A DNA stretch of 64,000 nucleotides from Nitrosopumilus sp. (GTDB lineage: Archaea; Thermoproteota; Nitrososphaeria; Nitrososphaerales; Nitrosopumilaceae), in assembly GCA_965223425.1 (NCBI GenBank), contig OZ245003.1:928001-992000 (forward strand), read 5' to 3'. Made by a program: the position numbers and the translations under genes. Shown piece after piece: positions 61,555 to 64,000 of this stretch (its first letter is position 1; each line of letters opens with the position of its first letter). The notes under the pieces are model-generated. The model saw nothing but the letters and a program-made list of their open reading frames with translations, was not told where the DNA came from and ran no database searches.

Positions 61555-62583
61555 ATGAAAACTGCGTCTGTCAAAGAGCCATCAATAATCTCTGTTGATG
61601 AAACAGAAGAACCAACATTGGGTTCTGGCGATATTTTAGTTCAAATGCAGGCTTGTGGAATTTGTGGTTCTGATTTGGAAAAGGTCTTTGGCCAGTACGG
61701 ACAACCATCCATGCGGTTAGGCCATGAACCTGCTGGAATAGTTTTGGATGTTGGCTCTGATGTAACAGAATTCAAAAAAGATGATAGAGTGTTTACCCAT
61801 CATCATGTACCTTGTTATGATTGCCACTTGTGTAATCATGGCAATGAGACAATGTGTCCAAAATACTATGAAACAAATCTTTCTCCGTGCGGATTGTCTG
61901 AACAATATGTTGTGCCTGCATGGAGTGTTTCTCATGGCGGGGTTCTCAAAATTTCTGATTCTCTAAGTTTTGAAGAAGCTGCAATGGTTGAGCCTCTTGC
62001 ATGTTGTGTACGGGCATGGACAAAATATCCTTATCACGAGGGCGATTCTGTTGCAATTCTTGGCGTAGGGCCTACAGGAATGATGCATGTGATGCTGGCG
62101 CATTCCAAGAAGTTCTCCAAAATCATATGTTTTGATGTTAATGATTTTAGGCTAGATTTTGCAAAAAAATTCAACATTACTGAATCGATCAACTCCAAGG
62201 ATGAAAACAGAAAACAAAAGATTCTAGATCATACTGATGGTAGGGGAGTGGATGTGGCAATTGTCGCAACTAGTAGTCTAAAGGCTCTAGACGATGCAAT
62301 TGATATGGTAAGAAAAGGCGGTGCAGTTATGATGTTTGGCGTTCCTTCAAAAGGAACTAAATTAGATTTGGATATGAGTAAAATCTATTCTAAAGAGATT
62401 ACTCTTGTCACTAGTTATGCTGCATCTGACAAGGATACTAAAGAAGCGCTGGAACTCATCGAATCTTCCCAAATTGATGTTAAAGAATTAATCACTCACA
62501 CCTACCCAATTATTGATTCTCAAAAAGCATTTGATCATGCGCGTACCGGTGATAACGCAATGAAAATAATCATCACAAAATAA
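61555..62583 (+). CDS. Zn-dependent alcohol dehydrogenase (threonine/sorbitol DH-like)
   Basis: CGICGSD, GHE, CYDCHLC..C and GVGPTG motifs. Confidence 0.9.
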   Translation: MKTASVKEPSIISVDETEEPTLGSGDILVQMQACGICGSDLEKVFGQYGQPSMRLGHEPAGIVLDVGSDVTEFKKDDRVFTHHHVPCYDCHLCNHGNETMCPKYYETNLSPCGLSEQYVVPAWSVSHGGVLKISDSLSFEEAAMVEPLACCVRAWTKYPYHEGDSVAILGVGPTGMMHVMLAHSKKFSKIICFDVNDFRLDFAKKFNITESINSKDENRKQKILDHTDGRGVDVAIVATSSLKALDDAIDMVRKGGAVMMFGVPSKGTKLDLDMSKIYSKEITLVTSYAASDKDTKEALELIESSQIDVKELITHTYPIIDSQKAFDHARTGDNAMKIIITK

Positions 62584-62620
62584 GAAAGGCTTAAGAAAGG
62601 TATTTCAAAATCGAAGAAAC

Positions 62621-63454
62621 ATGGATTGGGGACTAAAAAATAGATTATCCAGCATCATCAAGCCACAAAATAGCCGTGCATTAATGTTGGCAGTTGACCA
62701 CGGGTATTTTCTTGGCCCAACTGAAAAATTAGAAAACCCAAAAAAAGTCATTGGACCTCTTTTGAAATATTGTGACTCTTTGATGCTTACCAGAGGCGTT
62801 CAGAGAACGTCTGTTCCTGCAACAACTAGCACTCCGATGGTATTGAGAGTCTCTGGAGGCTCTAGCATTATTGGTGAGGATTTATCTCAAGAAGAGATTA
62901 CCGTTTCTATCCAAGATGCAATCAGGCTTAACGCCAGTGCACTTGCAATGTCTATCTTTGTTGGCTCAAAATATGAACACCAAACCATTGTGAATCTTGG
63001 AAAATTAGTAAGTGAAGCCGAGCAATATGGAATTCCTGTTTTAGCTGTTACTGCGGTTGGAAAAGAGTTAGGGAAAGATGCACGATACCTTTCATTAGCC
63101 TGTAGAATTGCAGCTGAGCAGGGTGCACATGTTGTTAAGACATACTATTGTGATGATTTTAAGAAAGTTGTAGAATCATGTCCTGTTCCAATCATTGTTG
63201 CAGGTGGTAAGAAGATTCCAGAACGTGATGCATTACAATTAACGTACAACTCAATCAAAGATGGTGCTGTTGGCGTTGATATGGGTAGAAACATCTGGCA
63301 ATCAGAACACCCGGTAGCTATGATCCGAGCAGTTAGAGGCATCGTTCATGGAAATCTAAATGCTGAACAAGCACTCGATCTTTACAAACGTCTATCAAGC
63401 AATAACCCAAAAAAGGAAAAAAATCAAAACAAACCTAATCCTGATAAAAAATAG
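62621..63454 (+). CDS. lsrF: Class I aldolase/thiolase, LsrF-like
   Basis: MDWGLKNRL, LAVDHGYFLGP, VKTYYC, IVAGGKK and GVDMGRNIWQ motifs. Confidence 0.85.
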   Translation: MDWGLKNRLSSIIKPQNSRALMLAVDHGYFLGPTEKLENPKKVIGPLLKYCDSLMLTRGVQRTSVPATTSTPMVLRVSGGSSIIGEDLSQEEITVSIQDAIRLNASALAMSIFVGSKYEHQTIVNLGKLVSEAEQYGIPVLAVTAVGKELGKDARYLSLACRIAAEQGAHVVKTYYCDDFKKVVESCPVPIIVAGGKKIPERDALQLTYNSIKDGAVGVDMGRNIWQSEHPVAMIRAVRGIVHGNLNAEQALDLYKRLSSNNPKKEKNQNKPNPDKK

Positions 63455-63456
63455 AA

Positions 63457-63861
63457 CTATCCTTCTACCTTCGATAGATGGATGTGTGCAATCTTCCATG
63501 TTGGCTGCTTTACTAAGACAAATGTTGCACGTCCATTAACTGTCATGTGTTCTCCGGTGTATGCTTTGTTATCCACCAGCATCCCTTTTTGAGTTAATTC
63601 CAATGCAACAACTGCAGCATCTCCAAATATGCTGATTTTTGGATTTTTTATTTCATAAGTATAATCAGATATGCTTACAAATCGCAACTCTTCTAACTCT
63701 ATTGTCGTTTGATAATCTTTTAGATCATATGGTGGCAAGTCACTAAAACTTGAAAACTTTGGATCGTTGAGATGAATGTCTTTTAGTACAGATAGATCTT
63801 TTGTTACTCCAGCCTGAAATAATGCCTCAATAATTTTTATAATCTCTTCACTGTCTGACAA
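63457..63861 (-). CDS. SnoaL/NTF2-like protein
   Basis: C-terminal GRATFVLVK...WKIAHIHLS. Confidence 0.75.
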   Translation of the reverse strand: MSDSEEIIKIIEALFQAGVTKDLSVLKDIHLNDPKFSSFSDLPPYDLKDYQTTIELEELRFVSISDYTYEIKNPKISIFGDAAVVALELTQKGMLVDNKAYTGEHMTVNGRATFVLVKQPTWKIAHIHLSKVEG

Positions 63862-64000
63862 TTACTCCTCTCAAATACGGAAATTAGTTTAAATCTTCTG
63901 CATCGTGATGCGCAAATTGCCCTGTTTGTGTGGTTAATACAAATCATATCGCTAAAACTAAGAAAAACAGCCTCAATCACTAATTTTATAAACAATCTTT

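Overview
Genomic window from an AT-rich ammonia-oxidising archaeon (Nitrosopumilaceae-like), judged from its core genes: sucCD, ileS, folD, purN, a malonic semialdehyde reductase-type ADH, uvrBAC, citrate synthase, CdvB-like/CdvC, carAB, V/A-ATPase F, and tRNA-Val(CAC) with a non-canonical intron. Three accessory zones interrupt the backbone. (1) 1-3.7 kb: a decayed island at tRNA-Val with an att-like repeat, two integrase remnants, a frameshifted ATPase-wHTH gene and a truncated SNF2-type helicase, cut by a MITE. (2) 20.2-22.5 kb: two MITE families, an IS630 fragment, a RelBE-like toxin-antitoxin pair and an intact IS630. (3) 44.44-59.23 kb: the main finding, a ~14.8 kb composite transposon bounded by an ISH3-family IS and an ISH3-derived MITE and flanked by a 5-bp TATAC duplication. 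It carries one GC-rich 3924-aa surface protein whose two 7-repeat propeller modules vary mainly at two short windows per repeat. Its right end was later split by an IS5/ISL2-type element (GCT duplication). Several eroded genes, notably an internally deleted purD, together with IS/MITE accumulation suggest a host-associated, possibly sponge-symbiotic, lineage (inference). All family and domain calls are from motif recognition by eye; no searches were run.
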